From the NCBI GenBank assembly GCA_036381415.1, contig DASVCV010000012.1:10717-74716 (forward strand): DNA of 64,000 bases. The letters run 5' to 3'. Numbering within the stretch: position 1 is the first letter of the stretch; each line of letters starts with the position of its first letter. Shown piece after piece: positions 41,077 through 51,317 of the stretch. The position numbers and the translations under genes were made by a program. Below the pieces are notes generated by a model. The model saw only the letters and a program-made list of their open reading frames with translations. It was not told where the DNA came from and searched no databases. This stretch comes from Patescibacteria group bacterium. GTDB taxonomy: Bacteria; Patescibacteriota; Microgenomatia; UBA8517.

Positions 41077-41979
41077 TTATCTAAGCTTAAACTTCCTCTT
41101 AAATTTGTTTATTACTCCACCTTCATTTTTTACTAGTGCGTCTGCTTGCCAGTAATTAACTTCAGATTGTGATTCATTAATAGCTCCAATTACTTCATGG
41201 ACGCTTATTTTCTTCTCTTCAAACTGTTCCTTCTGCCAAATCTTTAAATAGACAACCAATTCTGAAAATCCTTGTAATAGTGATAAAGATAATCCGTGTA
41301 GTCCATCTTTATATCCCTCACCTGCAAAATACCTGCTTACAAATTCAGCAGTTGGTTTAGATATTAAGTCCTTCCACTCAAATTTATAATCCTTTGCCTT
41401 AAGATCAGCCTGTACTGAAGTATATCTATTCATTCTTGATATATACTGTTCTATAGATTCATAGTGGTGATGAACTATTGCAAATTCCTCTTTATCACCT
41501 AAATCAATTCCTCTCCCCTCAGTAGTAGGCACCCCATGAATAATCTCATTCCAAAACACTTTTCCATTCTTAAAAAAGCGGATATTATAATCAGGCCACC
41601 ATCTAGCTCTTGTTACCCACTTTCCAAATACCACATTTTTCCTAGGAATCCTTACATAATCAGCTTCATTGTTATTAACAATCTCTTTAAGCCTCTCACT
41701 TAAGCTATGAGGAACCTCCTCATCAGGATCTAAAATTAAAAGCCAGTTGCCTTCTTCTGCTTTAGATATTCCAAAGTTCCTTACAGGCTCAACATAATTG
41801 ACTAAATCATGCTTAAAAACCCTAGCTCCATACTTTTTAGCAACAGCTGAAATTTTAGACTCCCCGCTCATATCAACAATTACAATTTCACCCACCAAAC
41901 CCTTAATTGAAGCTAAAGCCTGGGGTAAGTACTTTTCCTCTCCAGCTACAGTTGTAATAATGGCTGATACGTTTTTCAC
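41077..41979 (-). CDS. GT2 family glycosyltransferase
   Basis: VSAIITTVAGEEKYL..LDPDE; GTG start; related to 11266-12141 and 37922-38686. Confidence 0.7.
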   Translation of the reverse strand: MKNVSAIITTVAGEEKYLPQALASIKGLVGEIVIVDMSGESKISAVAKKYGARVFKHDLVNYVEPVRNFGISKAEEGNWLLILDPDEEVPHSLSERLKEIVNNNEADYVRIPRKNVVFGKWVTRARWWPDYNIRFFKNGKVFWNEIIHGVPTTEGRGIDLGDKEEFAIVHHHYESIEQYISRMNRYTSVQADLKAKDYKFEWKDLISKPTAEFVSRYFAGEGYKDGLHGLSLSLLQGFSELVVYLKIWQKEQFEEKKISVHEVIGAINESQSEVNYWQADALVKNEGGVINKFKRKFKLR

Positions 41980-41983
41980 TATA

Positions 41984-43735
41984 CTATTTTATCACTTTAT
42001 AGATGATCACCTCTGAATTTTCAAAAATATTGTCTAGTCCCAAACCTTTCTCATTTAGATTTATGTTTTGAGCCTTAACCAGATAAATATATGTAATATT
42101 ATTATTACTTAAAAACTTCACAGCTTCACCCCGGTCTAAAGTTTCAAAAAACTTCGCCACAACATCTCTTCTTTCTTTCCAATCAAATCCCATAATATCC
42201 AAATTCCCATCGCTTCCATCATCTTCCAAAAATACCTGCTTATTAGACAATGCGGCTACATAGCTTGTTGACGCATACAAATAGAGTGGCCTTGGAGGAT
42301 TATTTATTGCTCTATCTGCCGCCTCTTTATCAAATGGAAATGTCAGGACCACACCATCTTCTTGTTTTGAAAGAAAACTTAATGCCGATAGTTCATCTAT
42401 AGAAACCTTTGCCGGTGGACGACCAGGTATGTAGTTGTTAACCAAAGTCGACAGAGACGTAGGAACAGTAAAAAGCACAATCAAAACCGAAAGAAAAATA
42501 ACCAAACTTCTTCTATTTTTCTTGCTAAATAAATCTCCAATAAATATTCCACCCAAAACTCCTGCAAAAACTAAGGAATAATAAAAAAACTGTATGGTAT
42601 TCCAAGCTGTGGACTTTTGAAGAAATAAGGTTGGAATTGCTACTCCACCAAAAATAACAACTATAAAAAACACATCAAAAGAATCTAAGCTTTTCAGCCT
42701 TTTAACTATCTTGTTTGCCACATAAACGGACCCTAGCAACCTACTACTCATATTTCCAATCCAAAAAATTACAAAAGCAAACAGATAGGCCAGTATAAAT
42801 TTACTAAGGACACCTTGGCTTTTATAACTAGCCATAGCTTCAGCAAGTTTTGGCCAATTTAACCTGTCATAACTTGCAACCATAGACTCCAAAAACCAAA
42901 ACGGCTGAAATATAAAAGGAAAAGTAGAGTTTCTACTAAAAATAGCAAAAACAATTAAAGATACTGCTGTTGAACCTACAAACAACTTAATAAAGTTGGT
43001 TTTTTTCTCCCTAAACAATTCATACAATCCTGCCACAAAAAGCCCACCGAGTACCAATATCCCCGCATATGCCTTAATCTCAAATAGTGAACCAAATAAG
43101 AATATTCCAAACAAATAGTTTAAAAGCGTAAATTTAGTTTTGATTTTCCAAATCAAGATCAATCCTAAAAAAATAACAAGTACAGAAAGTGCAAGAGGCG
43201 GGTTTACTAGTGTTGAAACGGCCTGCTGTCCCCAAAAAGTAGATTCACCTCCAAAATTTTTATCTCTCAAAAAAGTTATTATCCACCCAAGATCTCCACC
43301 AAAGTAAACAAAAAAAATCGCCCAAAGCGCTTGCGCACTCCCTTTCCATTTTTTAACAAAAACATAAACAAACGCCCCTATCAGGATAGCCATAACTGGA
43401 GGGGCAATTTGAAAATAAAGTTGAAAAGCAGGGATACTAGTTAGTCTATGAACTACTGCAATCAATAAATCAAAACCAATATGATAATTTTGTATCATAT
43501 GTCCTGCAAATACAGGCATCTCCAAACTTCCTTTAGAAAGAGAATTAATTAAAGCCAAATGCCAAATTCCATCATGTCCGTTTGCTCCCCAAAATCCCAT
43601 CCCAAATGAATAAATTACTCCGCTTTTTACCATGGTAATACACCACGAAATAGATCCTAATACTATTAGAAGTAAGGCTTTTTTATCCTTTGCTAAACTA
43701 CCTTGAGAAAATTTCTTTAAAGCTCCTTTTAGCAT
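41984..43735 (-). CDS. Polytopic membrane protein with a C-terminal extracytoplasmic domain (possible GT-C or polymerase/ligase-like); unknown family
   Basis: About 13 TM helices followed by a soluble tail of about 150 aa. The track start at 43741 is TTG; the ATG at 43735 gives MLKGALKKF. Confidence 0.45.
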   Translation of the reverse strand: MLKGALKKFSQGSLAKDKKALLLIVLGSISWCITMVKSGVIYSFGMGFWGANGHDGIWHLALINSLSKGSLEMPVFAGHMIQNYHIGFDLLIAVVHRLTSIPAFQLYFQIAPPVMAILIGAFVYVFVKKWKGSAQALWAIFFVYFGGDLGWIITFLRDKNFGGESTFWGQQAVSTLVNPPLALSVLVIFLGLILIWKIKTKFTLLNYLFGIFLFGSLFEIKAYAGILVLGGLFVAGLYELFREKKTNFIKLFVGSTAVSLIVFAIFSRNSTFPFIFQPFWFLESMVASYDRLNWPKLAEAMASYKSQGVLSKFILAYLFAFVIFWIGNMSSRLLGSVYVANKIVKRLKSLDSFDVFFIVVIFGGVAIPTLFLQKSTAWNTIQFFYYSLVFAGVLGGIFIGDLFSKKNRRSLVIFLSVLIVLFTVPTSLSTLVNNYIPGRPPAKVSIDELSALSFLSKQEDGVVLTFPFDKEAADRAINNPPRPLYLYASTSYVAALSNKQVFLEDDGSDGNLDIMGFDWKERRDVVAKFFETLDRGEAVKFLSNNNITYIYLVKAQNINLNEKGLGLDNIFENSEVIIYKVIK

Positions 43736-45188
43736 CTTCAATTAAAGAGGCGCCTATTATTGCAACCATCAATACTCCATATACAACAACTCCAACACTT
43801 GCCAAAATCCAAATGGAGTAGAAATTTACAGGAAGTGCTCCTCTTAAAATAATAAGAACAGTTCCCATAAGAAGTGTTGCAATACCTGGCTTGACTACAG
43901 CATCGTTAACTGAAAAGTTAACATATTTCTTTGCAATAAATATTGCTACAACCGAAGAAGCTCCAACCAAAGCATATCCTAATGCTGCTCCATCTACTCC
44001 ATATAACTTGGCTAGTACTGGAATGAAAACCCAAGTAAGAACTGTCCACATAATCATTAAATAAAATGTAATTCTGATTTTTCCAATAGCATTTAATAGA
44101 TTAGTAAGTTGGGTAGTAGCTGCTGCAAACATGAAATTGATAGAAACAAAAGTTAGTGGCACAAGTGCAGGAAGCCACTGATTATATCTTGGAATAACTT
44201 CTACTATTAATGGAGCAAGAATAACTAGTCCAACCAAACTTGGAAAAACAAGAAAACAGATAAAAAAGATAGATCTTGTCACACTTCGCTCTAAATGTCC
44301 CTTAGCATCCTGCATTCTAGAAAATGCTGGAAACGTAACTTTTGTAACTGTATCCATAAAAAATGTTAGTGGATATCTTGCAAACTTCTGAGCAGTACCT
44401 AAAAACCCAATACCAACAGGCCCCAATATTCCACCCAACACCAAAGTCATCCCGTCATCTTTTAAAGCAGCAAGCAGAGTATTTATTTGGTATGGAATTC
44501 CAAACTTAAATAACCCTGACAAAGTCTTTTTTGAAAATGCAATTCCAGGCTTCCAAGGTTGAAGTATATATATTGTTACTAATCCAACAACATCTCGAAT
44601 TATTACAGCAATAGTAAAACTTTTAATTCCATAACCCCTTATGGCCAAAAATACCAAGATCACATAATAAATTACTTGCTCAAGAATTTGTGGGAAAGTA
44701 AGTTTCACAAATTCCAGCTTTCTCTCCAAGAGTATTGACGGAATGCTTTTAAGTGAAGATAGTAAGAATGAAAAGGCCAAAGCATATAACAGAACTACCC
44801 CATCTTGGCTTAAATGATATTGCCTTGTAAAAAATGGACTAAGAAGAACTACTATTCCAATAATAGCTAAAACCAAAACCTGCTGGACAAAAAACGTTGT
44901 TCTTAAATCAGTCTCAGTTAATTTTTCTTTCTTTTGAATTAAAGCCGCAGCCAGCCCTATATCAGAAAAATAATTTAGGAAATTAATAACAGCATTCAGT
45001 ATAAAAAACACACCTAACTCAGTTGGGGCTAAATAGGCCCACATAAGACCTGAAGCTACAAATGCAACTACCTGTAGAAAAAAAGTTCTCCCAGTAAGAA
45101 CCACCACACCACGCACCGAGCGTGCTTTAACAGTCTCAAGAGTAATCTCACTAGTTGGGTCTAAATGCTCTCTTTCTAATTCATCCAC
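43698..45188 (-). CDS. MOP-superfamily oligosaccharide flippase (Wzx-like)
   Basis: 496 aa; about 12-14 TM helices; apparent GTG start. Confidence 0.6.
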   Translation of the reverse strand: MDELEREHLDPTSEITLETVKARSVRGVVVLTGRTFFLQVVAFVASGLMWAYLAPTELGVFFILNAVINFLNYFSDIGLAAALIQKKEKLTETDLRTTFFVQQVLVLAIIGIVVLLSPFFTRQYHLSQDGVVLLYALAFSFLLSSLKSIPSILLERKLEFVKLTFPQILEQVIYYVILVFLAIRGYGIKSFTIAVIIRDVVGLVTIYILQPWKPGIAFSKKTLSGLFKFGIPYQINTLLAALKDDGMTLVLGGILGPVGIGFLGTAQKFARYPLTFFMDTVTKVTFPAFSRMQDAKGHLERSVTRSIFFICFLVFPSLVGLVILAPLIVEVIPRYNQWLPALVPLTFVSINFMFAAATTQLTNLLNAIGKIRITFYLMIMWTVLTWVFIPVLAKLYGVDGAALGYALVGASSVVAIFIAKKYVNFSVNDAVVKPGIATLLMGTVLIILRGALPVNFYSIWILASVGVVVYGVLMVAIIGASLIEDAKRSFKEIFSR

Positions 45189-45203
45189 CCCTAAATTGTA
45201 GCA

Positions 45204-46718
45204 TTAAAATACCTTTACTGTGAGCTCAAAAACATCTTTATTTTTATATGCAGCCATTGGCACTCCACCCAAATCTTCATAATAAACCATTATGTTTTTC
45301 CCCTTATATAATAGATTAATTGCATCTTGTCCATTAAGAATAAAAAATGCCTGTTTTGAACTACTTCCCCACTCACTAGAAATAAAAGGATAGTCAGGAT
45401 CATTCCTTAGATAAAGAATTGAACCATAGGGTAATTCTGGATACTTTGCTTGTATTTGACTGATAATCTGCTTTGCATAATCTCCCCTGGTCTTTGCCCA
45501 ATAAGTAGATTGTGCAAGTTGTGATGTAGATAGTGAAAGGCAGATAAGACCAGCAACGAACAGCATAACTAAAATCAATCCAATCTTTGTTTTTTTCTTT
45601 AGTAAATCATATGCACTAAATACAATATAAAAAACCACTCCCCAAAAGGCAGGAAGTGAAACTGCAAGGTAATAAGCAGATTTGTGAAGGGGAAGTAAGG
45701 CTAAAGGTAAAATACTTGCAGGAAACCAAATAAGAAGTAAAAGAAAGTTTCTATTAGATAATAATTTTATTTTCTTTACTACTATATAAAAAATAGAAGT
45801 AGCAATTACTATAACTGAATAAAAAAATGTAGGAAATATTACTCTGTAATAGTTGCTCCAATATTTTAAAAGATTTGGATTTAGTTTTAAGCCAGACCCA
45901 ACAAAATCAATTAAGCTTTCAGGAAGTCCAACTGCCCACACAATATACCAAGAAAATGTATTTGCAATTGTCTTCAAATTAAAAACAGGATGGTACTGTA
46001 CTTCTCCCTCTGAAAATCCAATTACTTTTACTTCTAAATAAAGATAGATTAAAGAAAAACCAAGTGGAATCAAATATCCTCTTACTGATTTTAATATATT
46101 GTTTATATTAATTTTATCCCAACTACTTACATCCAAAAATAGAATCACAGGAATAAGTGCAATTGAAGTCTCATGACTAGCAAGTGCCAAAAAGAAAGTT
46201 AGAAAAGAAATTAATTTCCATTTTAGTATTCTTTTTTCTAAATATTTTAAATACAAAAGTACTGTTAGAAGTACAAAAAAAGTAGCTCCCAGTGCTTGTA
46301 CTCCTCCTGCAAGATAATAAAGAATACTCACATTAGCTCCGCTTATTCCAACCATCAAAGAAACTAAATAAGACAACGATTTTCTTTTAAATAGTTTGTT
46401 CATTAAAAGATATGTAAGTGCTATGTTTGAAAAAAGAAGTACAAACTGCAAAATCCTAAAAGGAAGTGCGTTTAGTCCAAACAAATTGTAAAAGTTTAAA
46501 TAGAGAAGCTCTCTAAATATTGGTCTATAAAAAGCAATTCCACGCTCGCTAAAAGGATGAAATCCAAATAAATAAACAAGTCCTTTACTTCCAGCTTCCT
46601 GTGCAACTCTAAAATGGAAAAAATCATCCCCGCTAAAGTAAGTAGTAAGAACAGGCAGATAAAAAAGAAGAGTAACTAAAAATATGGGAAGTAGTATTAA
46701 GAAAGTCTTCTTGTACAT
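45204..46718 (-). CDS. Polytopic membrane protein, putative GT-C (unknown family)
   Basis: 504 aa; N-terminal loop FSGDDFFHFRVAQEAG has acidic residues after TM1; many TM helices. Confidence 0.4.
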   Translation of the reverse strand: MYKKTFLILLPIFLVTLLFYLPVLTTYFSGDDFFHFRVAQEAGSKGLVYLFGFHPFSERGIAFYRPIFRELLYLNFYNLFGLNALPFRILQFVLLFSNIALTYLLMNKLFKRKSLSYLVSLMVGISGANVSILYYLAGGVQALGATFFVLLTVLLYLKYLEKRILKWKLISFLTFFLALASHETSIALIPVILFLDVSSWDKININNILKSVRGYLIPLGFSLIYLYLEVKVIGFSEGEVQYHPVFNLKTIANTFSWYIVWAVGLPESLIDFVGSGLKLNPNLLKYWSNYYRVIFPTFFYSVIVIATSIFYIVVKKIKLLSNRNFLLLLIWFPASILPLALLPLHKSAYYLAVSLPAFWGVVFYIVFSAYDLLKKKTKIGLILVMLFVAGLICLSLSTSQLAQSTYWAKTRGDYAKQIISQIQAKYPELPYGSILYLRNDPDYPFISSEWGSSSKQAFFILNGQDAINLLYKGKNIMVYYEDLGGVPMAAYKNKDVFELTVKVF

Positions 46719-49711
46719 TTGATATAAGAAATAACATTAGCCAAAGACAAAATCTTAATAAGCAAAAACCCATTATCTGTAAATGGCCTTCCTATTTCAT
46801 CAGAACTCCTTCTATAGAAAGCCCAGATTAGATTTAAAAATAAAGTTATATTTATAAGTACCAAGTAAACAGCCAGCTTTGGTTTAGTAAAAATAAGTAT
46901 AACTAAAGGAGCAAATGCTGCAAAGAAGTATCTCTCAAGCATTCCAGTCATAAATAGAAAACTTCCTAATCCAATCGTAAATATTCCTACAACAACTGAC
47001 AAAAGATTGTTCTTTTGTTTTGAAATCCACTTAAATGTAAACACATTTATAACAAGATAGAATAATAAGCCCCACAAGTTGGCTGGAATTAAAAAGTATC
47101 TTGAAAAATCAAAATCACGGTCAATTTTTGCAAAAATAGTCCAGAAATTAAATGCTGAGTTGGAAATTTTTTGTATTCCTTTTGACCCGGGTAAAATATT
47201 ATTAAAAATATATTTAGTACTAAAACCAAATAAATCCCCATTCGCAAAAGGATTTGTGGTTATATAAAAAATAACAACAGATATGACAAGGCCAACCAAT
47301 ATTTGTTTCCTACTCACCTTAAATCTCCAAAGCAAAAACAAAAACAAAGGTCCAAAAACAATCCAGGTTGGCTTTATATAGATACTAATAAATAAAAGGG
47401 GGATTGCAAGCCATGCTTTTTTTGATGCCAATAACACAAATGATCCTAATCCAAAAATAGCAATTACACTCTCAGTTTGTCCCCAAACTCCAGCAAGAAA
47501 TATTGTTACAGGATTTAAAAGATAAAAAGATGCGGCTAAAGCTGCTTTTTTAGAATCTTTTGTTAAATCTTTAACTACTTTAAAAATAAGGGCACCTAAT
47601 CCAACATCAGCTAGTATTACAGGAAGTTTTAAAAGTAAATTGTATCCACTCGAGTAGAAATCAATTATAAAAGAAGACGGGGGAATCTTAATTTTATTGT
47701 GTAACTGAGAAAGCACATACTTTGAGTCAAACATTTTACCCAAATATCCATACATTAAAGAAGATAGAGGGGGATAGGTTGGTCTTGAAAACTCCCAACT
47801 AGTATCCGTATAGAAATTCTTTGTACCTATCTTTTCAAACTTTGCTCCCCACTCTCCAACTGCATTTAAATCACCATTAATATTAAAATCTCCATAGGGA
47901 AGTAGACTATACCTAATAATCACTCCCAAAACTACTGCTCCTGCAAAAACTAATCTAACTGAAAATTTTAAGCTTTTTTTTTTACTCTTATTCTTACCCT
48001 TAAGTTTATTTTCTCTGATATTTCTAACAATTAATATCGCAAGTATTACCCAAGTAACAAGTGAAATTATATTCCCTAAGGTTCTTGGCAATGTATCATA
48101 TAGTCTTACATACACTTGATGCACCCCTTTTGGAACATTTACATATATTCTTCCCCATTTCTCTTCCTTTGCAGTCTTAACTTGTGCTTCAGTTCCATCT
48201 ATAAATACTCTCCAATTTGGAAACTGAAATATATTAATTCTAACTAATCCGTAATCAGTTACTACATTTGCATTAAATGTAGCCCAATTAGTACTTTCCT
48301 TTGGACTTGTAATTTCGCCTTTGCCATCTATAAACTCAGCCAAAATCCTCTGTGGACTATTTGGCGCCATTTCAGCAGTAATTGGAAGGTAATCATAAAT
48401 GCCAGCTGTCTGCTGTAAATCCCATGCAAGACCGCTAAACTTTTCATGATCAGTTAGAGGTCCTAAATGTCCATGTTCTGGTAGGAAATAATTCCAGTTC
48501 CAAACAATAAGTCCAACTGCCAAAATACCTGCAATATATATTCCTATTTTTTTAGGCAAAAGTGTAGGAAGTATTCCTGCCAAAAAAGAGAAGCAAAAAA
48601 TAACAATTGTTAAAAATCTCCAAGGGAACTGGACATAGTTTAAAGTCTTAAACATCTGCCAGATAGGCGTTGATTTTGAGTGGATCATAAAAGCCGCAAA
48701 CCAACCTCCAACAAACAAAAGTAAAACCATAAGTGTCACATCATCTATTTTTCTTTTCTTAAGTGTTCTTAAACCAACAATGGCAAGCACTACTAAAGAA
48801 AGTATCCAGTGAAGCTGTCCAATCTGGAATGGCATTCCATCATTTGGCCCCCAAATAGAAGGACCATATCCCCAGAAGCGTGAAGTCAAAATCTGCCCCA
48901 CAGTTGCAAAATGAGCAGTGTACTCATAATAACCCTGAATAAGGCTGTTAGCATGTGTATATTTCTGCTCAACTACTACAGGAATTGTAAAAAATGCCAC
49001 CAAACCAAATGCCAAAATTCCGCTAACTATAAGAGGAAGTATTTTTCTCCAACCATTTCTTCTAACAACCCAAAGTAAACACCAGAGAGAAAACAAAGGT
49101 GCAAATATCATAGCCATTAAATTGTGCGACGTAAGAAGTCCTGCCCAAGCAAGACCAAGACCCACAATCCATCCAAACCTCTTACCCTTTGCAGTTATAA
49201 GTTTATATGAAGTCCAAAAAATTAATGGAAACCAAGTTAGTGCCCATGCTTCATTCATAGCTCCCCTTACATAGATATCAACTGAATGGTATGGAGCCCA
49301 AACATAAAAAATAGCTGCAATAATTCCGCCATATTTGCCAAAAAATTCTTTTCCCAAAAAGTACATTGTCACACTTGATGTGACAAAAGCTAAAATAAAC
49401 ACAAGCTTTATAGTATCTACAAAAGATACTCCAAATAGTCTAATCGCCTCCCCTATTAAATAGGGAAGGGGTGGGTAAAAATTAAATAAAGGAAAACCAA
49501 ATCCATATCCCATATCAGGAACCCATCTGCATGGAATCTGAAGAGACAAAAAGCACTTCTCCATTTCAAGTTGCCTCATCATCTGAAGATCATCATGCAT
49601 GTTGAAATATCCAGATCCAATAAGTCCTTTGCCAGCTAATATCCCCACAAAGATAACGATAAGAAGCGGTACAAAACCAGGATTAGAAATAATTTTTCGA
49701 ATAAACTTCAT
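46697..49711 (-). CDS. 1004-aa fusion of two GT-C-like membrane modules ('PTPS-related'-like N-terminal module plus DUF2029-like C-terminal module)
   Basis: N-terminus LQIPCRWVPDMGYGFGFPLFNFY matches 17173-18669; C-terminus KLPVILADVGLGALIFK..NPVTIFLAGVWGQTE matches 23136-24401; the two modules are joined by a Lys-rich linker. Confidence 0.6.
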   Translation of the reverse strand: MKFIRKIISNPGFVPLLIVIFVGILAGKGLIGSGYFNMHDDLQMMRQLEMEKCFLSLQIPCRWVPDMGYGFGFPLFNFYPPLPYLIGEAIRLFGVSFVDTIKLVFILAFVTSSVTMYFLGKEFFGKYGGIIAAIFYVWAPYHSVDIYVRGAMNEAWALTWFPLIFWTSYKLITAKGKRFGWIVGLGLAWAGLLTSHNLMAMIFAPLFSLWCLLWVVRRNGWRKILPLIVSGILAFGLVAFFTIPVVVEQKYTHANSLIQGYYEYTAHFATVGQILTSRFWGYGPSIWGPNDGMPFQIGQLHWILSLVVLAIVGLRTLKKRKIDDVTLMVLLLFVGGWFAAFMIHSKSTPIWQMFKTLNYVQFPWRFLTIVIFCFSFLAGILPTLLPKKIGIYIAGILAVGLIVWNWNYFLPEHGHLGPLTDHEKFSGLAWDLQQTAGIYDYLPITAEMAPNSPQRILAEFIDGKGEITSPKESTNWATFNANVVTDYGLVRINIFQFPNWRVFIDGTEAQVKTAKEEKWGRIYVNVPKGVHQVYVRLYDTLPRTLGNIISLVTWVILAILIVRNIRENKLKGKNKSKKKSLKFSVRLVFAGAVVLGVIIRYSLLPYGDFNINGDLNAVGEWGAKFEKIGTKNFYTDTSWEFSRPTYPPLSSLMYGYLGKMFDSKYVLSQLHNKIKIPPSSFIIDFYSSGYNLLLKLPVILADVGLGALIFKVVKDLTKDSKKAALAASFYLLNPVTIFLAGVWGQTESVIAIFGLGSFVLLASKKAWLAIPLLFISIYIKPTWIVFGPLFLFLLWRFKVSRKQILVGLVISVVIFYITTNPFANGDLFGFSTKYIFNNILPGSKGIQKISNSAFNFWTIFAKIDRDFDFSRYFLIPANLWGLLFYLVINVFTFKWISKQKNNLLSVVVGIFTIGLGSFLFMTGMLERYFFAAFAPLVILIFTKPKLAVYLVLINITLFLNLIWAFYRRSSDEIGRPFTDNGFLLIKILSLANVISYIKCTRRLS
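47974..47983. repeat. T10 homopolymer (A10 on the coding strand) inside 46697-49711, encoding KKK in the interdomain linker
   Basis: Read directly: agc followed by ten T then actc; it is the longest homopolymer I noticed in the window. Confidence 0.85.
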
Positions 49712-49738
49712 GTTAATTATATTATCACGTTGAATGCT

Positions 49739-51316
49739 CTACTTCCCAGAGTCAACCAATTCAAATAAATAAAGTGTCTCTCTAGGCCCTAAGTTTTTAT
49801 ATTCCTTTGCATTTTTATCTAGTCTAAATGCTTTAGGATAAGCTGCTATTAACCTTAGTCCTTTTGACTCAGGATTTGTAAACTTCAATCTGTCATTATT
49901 AACAACCAAATAAGTAAAGTTTCCACTCCTTTTTGAATTAACTAAGTTTGAAGGAACTTTATCTAAATCAAGTCCCACTCCAACAACTGTAAGATTAGGA
50001 ATCTCATTTAAATAAATTTGAAGTCCATCAGGCAAAGTACCAAATAATCCTTCAGTCCCAACAACTATTCCTTTGCCAGGATTTTGAGAGTGAACTCCTT
50101 TTATATAATCACTCACCTCTTTAATCCCAGTCCCGCTTGTCCACTCTTCTAAATACCCACTTCTTTCACTAGAAGGAATTGGTGCTACCTCTATATTAGT
50201 TGCAAATAAGTAATCAATTCTTAATGAATTTATAACTAGGAATATAAAAACAATTGTAAGTATCTTTGTATAGATTTTGTTCCTTTCCAAAAAGGCACTA
50301 GCCAAAAGCATATAAAAAGGAGGAAGAGTATATAAAATATATCTAGCTGTAAAAACCTTTCCAAATTCGCTTGTTGCAAGAAGTGGAACTATAAACCAGG
50401 CAAAAATTAATACCACTTCCCATTTATGTTTCCTTACTGTTGTAAAAATTCCTGGAAAGAAAAAGAGTGTAAGAAGTCCTGGCCCCCAAGCCATAAACCA
50501 ATCAGTGAATACTTCTTTAAAGTGAAATGTAAATGGATCCCACCAGCCACTCCCAAACAAATGGCTTATTGGATAAACATAGTCCATATTCCTTATTGTT
50601 ATAAATTGAGAGTTAGGACCCAATCTTAAAATTCCATACATTCCATATCCAATAACATAGGTAACCAACAATAACCCAACTAAATGAAATACATGAGTTA
50701 GAACATCCATTCTCTTCTTTGGCCACTTTGAAACGACAAGCGTTAAAGGAAGCAGCACTGCAAAAAATAATGCTGGAGATTTAGTAAGAAGTGCTCCACC
50801 TAAACTAAACCCGGTTAGCATTGCCATATCCAATCTTTTTGTTTTGGCAGTAATAATTCCCAATAGTAGTGTCCACATACCAAACATAGTTAAAAGTGAA
50901 TCCACAAGTGCCATCCTGTCAAAAAAGAAAGAGAAAGGAACAATGGCTGTCATAAAAGAAGCTATTAAAGCCACCTTTTTTGATTTAAACAATGAATATG
51001 AAATTCCAAATGTTGCAGCAATTGTTCCAATTCCACTAAATACCGAAATAACTCTTCCCAAAAACAAAGGATCAAAACGTTTATTCATCAAAAACATAAG
51101 TATCCACATATAAAAGGGCTGTTTGCCGTCTGACAAAGGCAAAAACCTTAATGTATTATCAGCTGCCATTACTTGAGACCATCTTATGTAAATTGCTTCA
51201 TCTGCAAACACCGGCATGGAAGTTAAGTGGTATATCCTAATTAGAAATGCAAAAAGAAGTATTAAAAAAAGAATTATCCCTGTCTTTTTCCAATTAATCA
51301 AAAACTTTTTAACCAT
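49739..51316 (-). CDS. PMT_2/ArnT-like GT-C membrane glycosyltransferase
   Basis: First loop MPVFADEAIYIRWSQ (DE motif); 12 or more TM helices. Two ATG starts are possible (51346 MHLAG.. or 51316 MVKKFL..). Confidence 0.6.
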   Translation of the reverse strand: MVKKFLINWKKTGIILFLILLFAFLIRIYHLTSMPVFADEAIYIRWSQVMAADNTLRFLPLSDGKQPFYMWILMFLMNKRFDPLFLGRVISVFSGIGTIAATFGISYSLFKSKKVALIASFMTAIVPFSFFFDRMALVDSLLTMFGMWTLLLGIITAKTKRLDMAMLTGFSLGGALLTKSPALFFAVLLPLTLVVSKWPKKRMDVLTHVFHLVGLLLVTYVIGYGMYGILRLGPNSQFITIRNMDYVYPISHLFGSGWWDPFTFHFKEVFTDWFMAWGPGLLTLFFFPGIFTTVRKHKWEVVLIFAWFIVPLLATSEFGKVFTARYILYTLPPFYMLLASAFLERNKIYTKILTIVFIFLVINSLRIDYLFATNIEVAPIPSSERSGYLEEWTSGTGIKEVSDYIKGVHSQNPGKGIVVGTEGLFGTLPDGLQIYLNEIPNLTVVGVGLDLDKVPSNLVNSKRSGNFTYLVVNNDRLKFTNPESKGLRLIAAYPKAFRLDKNAKEYKNLGPRETLYLFELVDSGK

Positions 51317-51317
51317 A

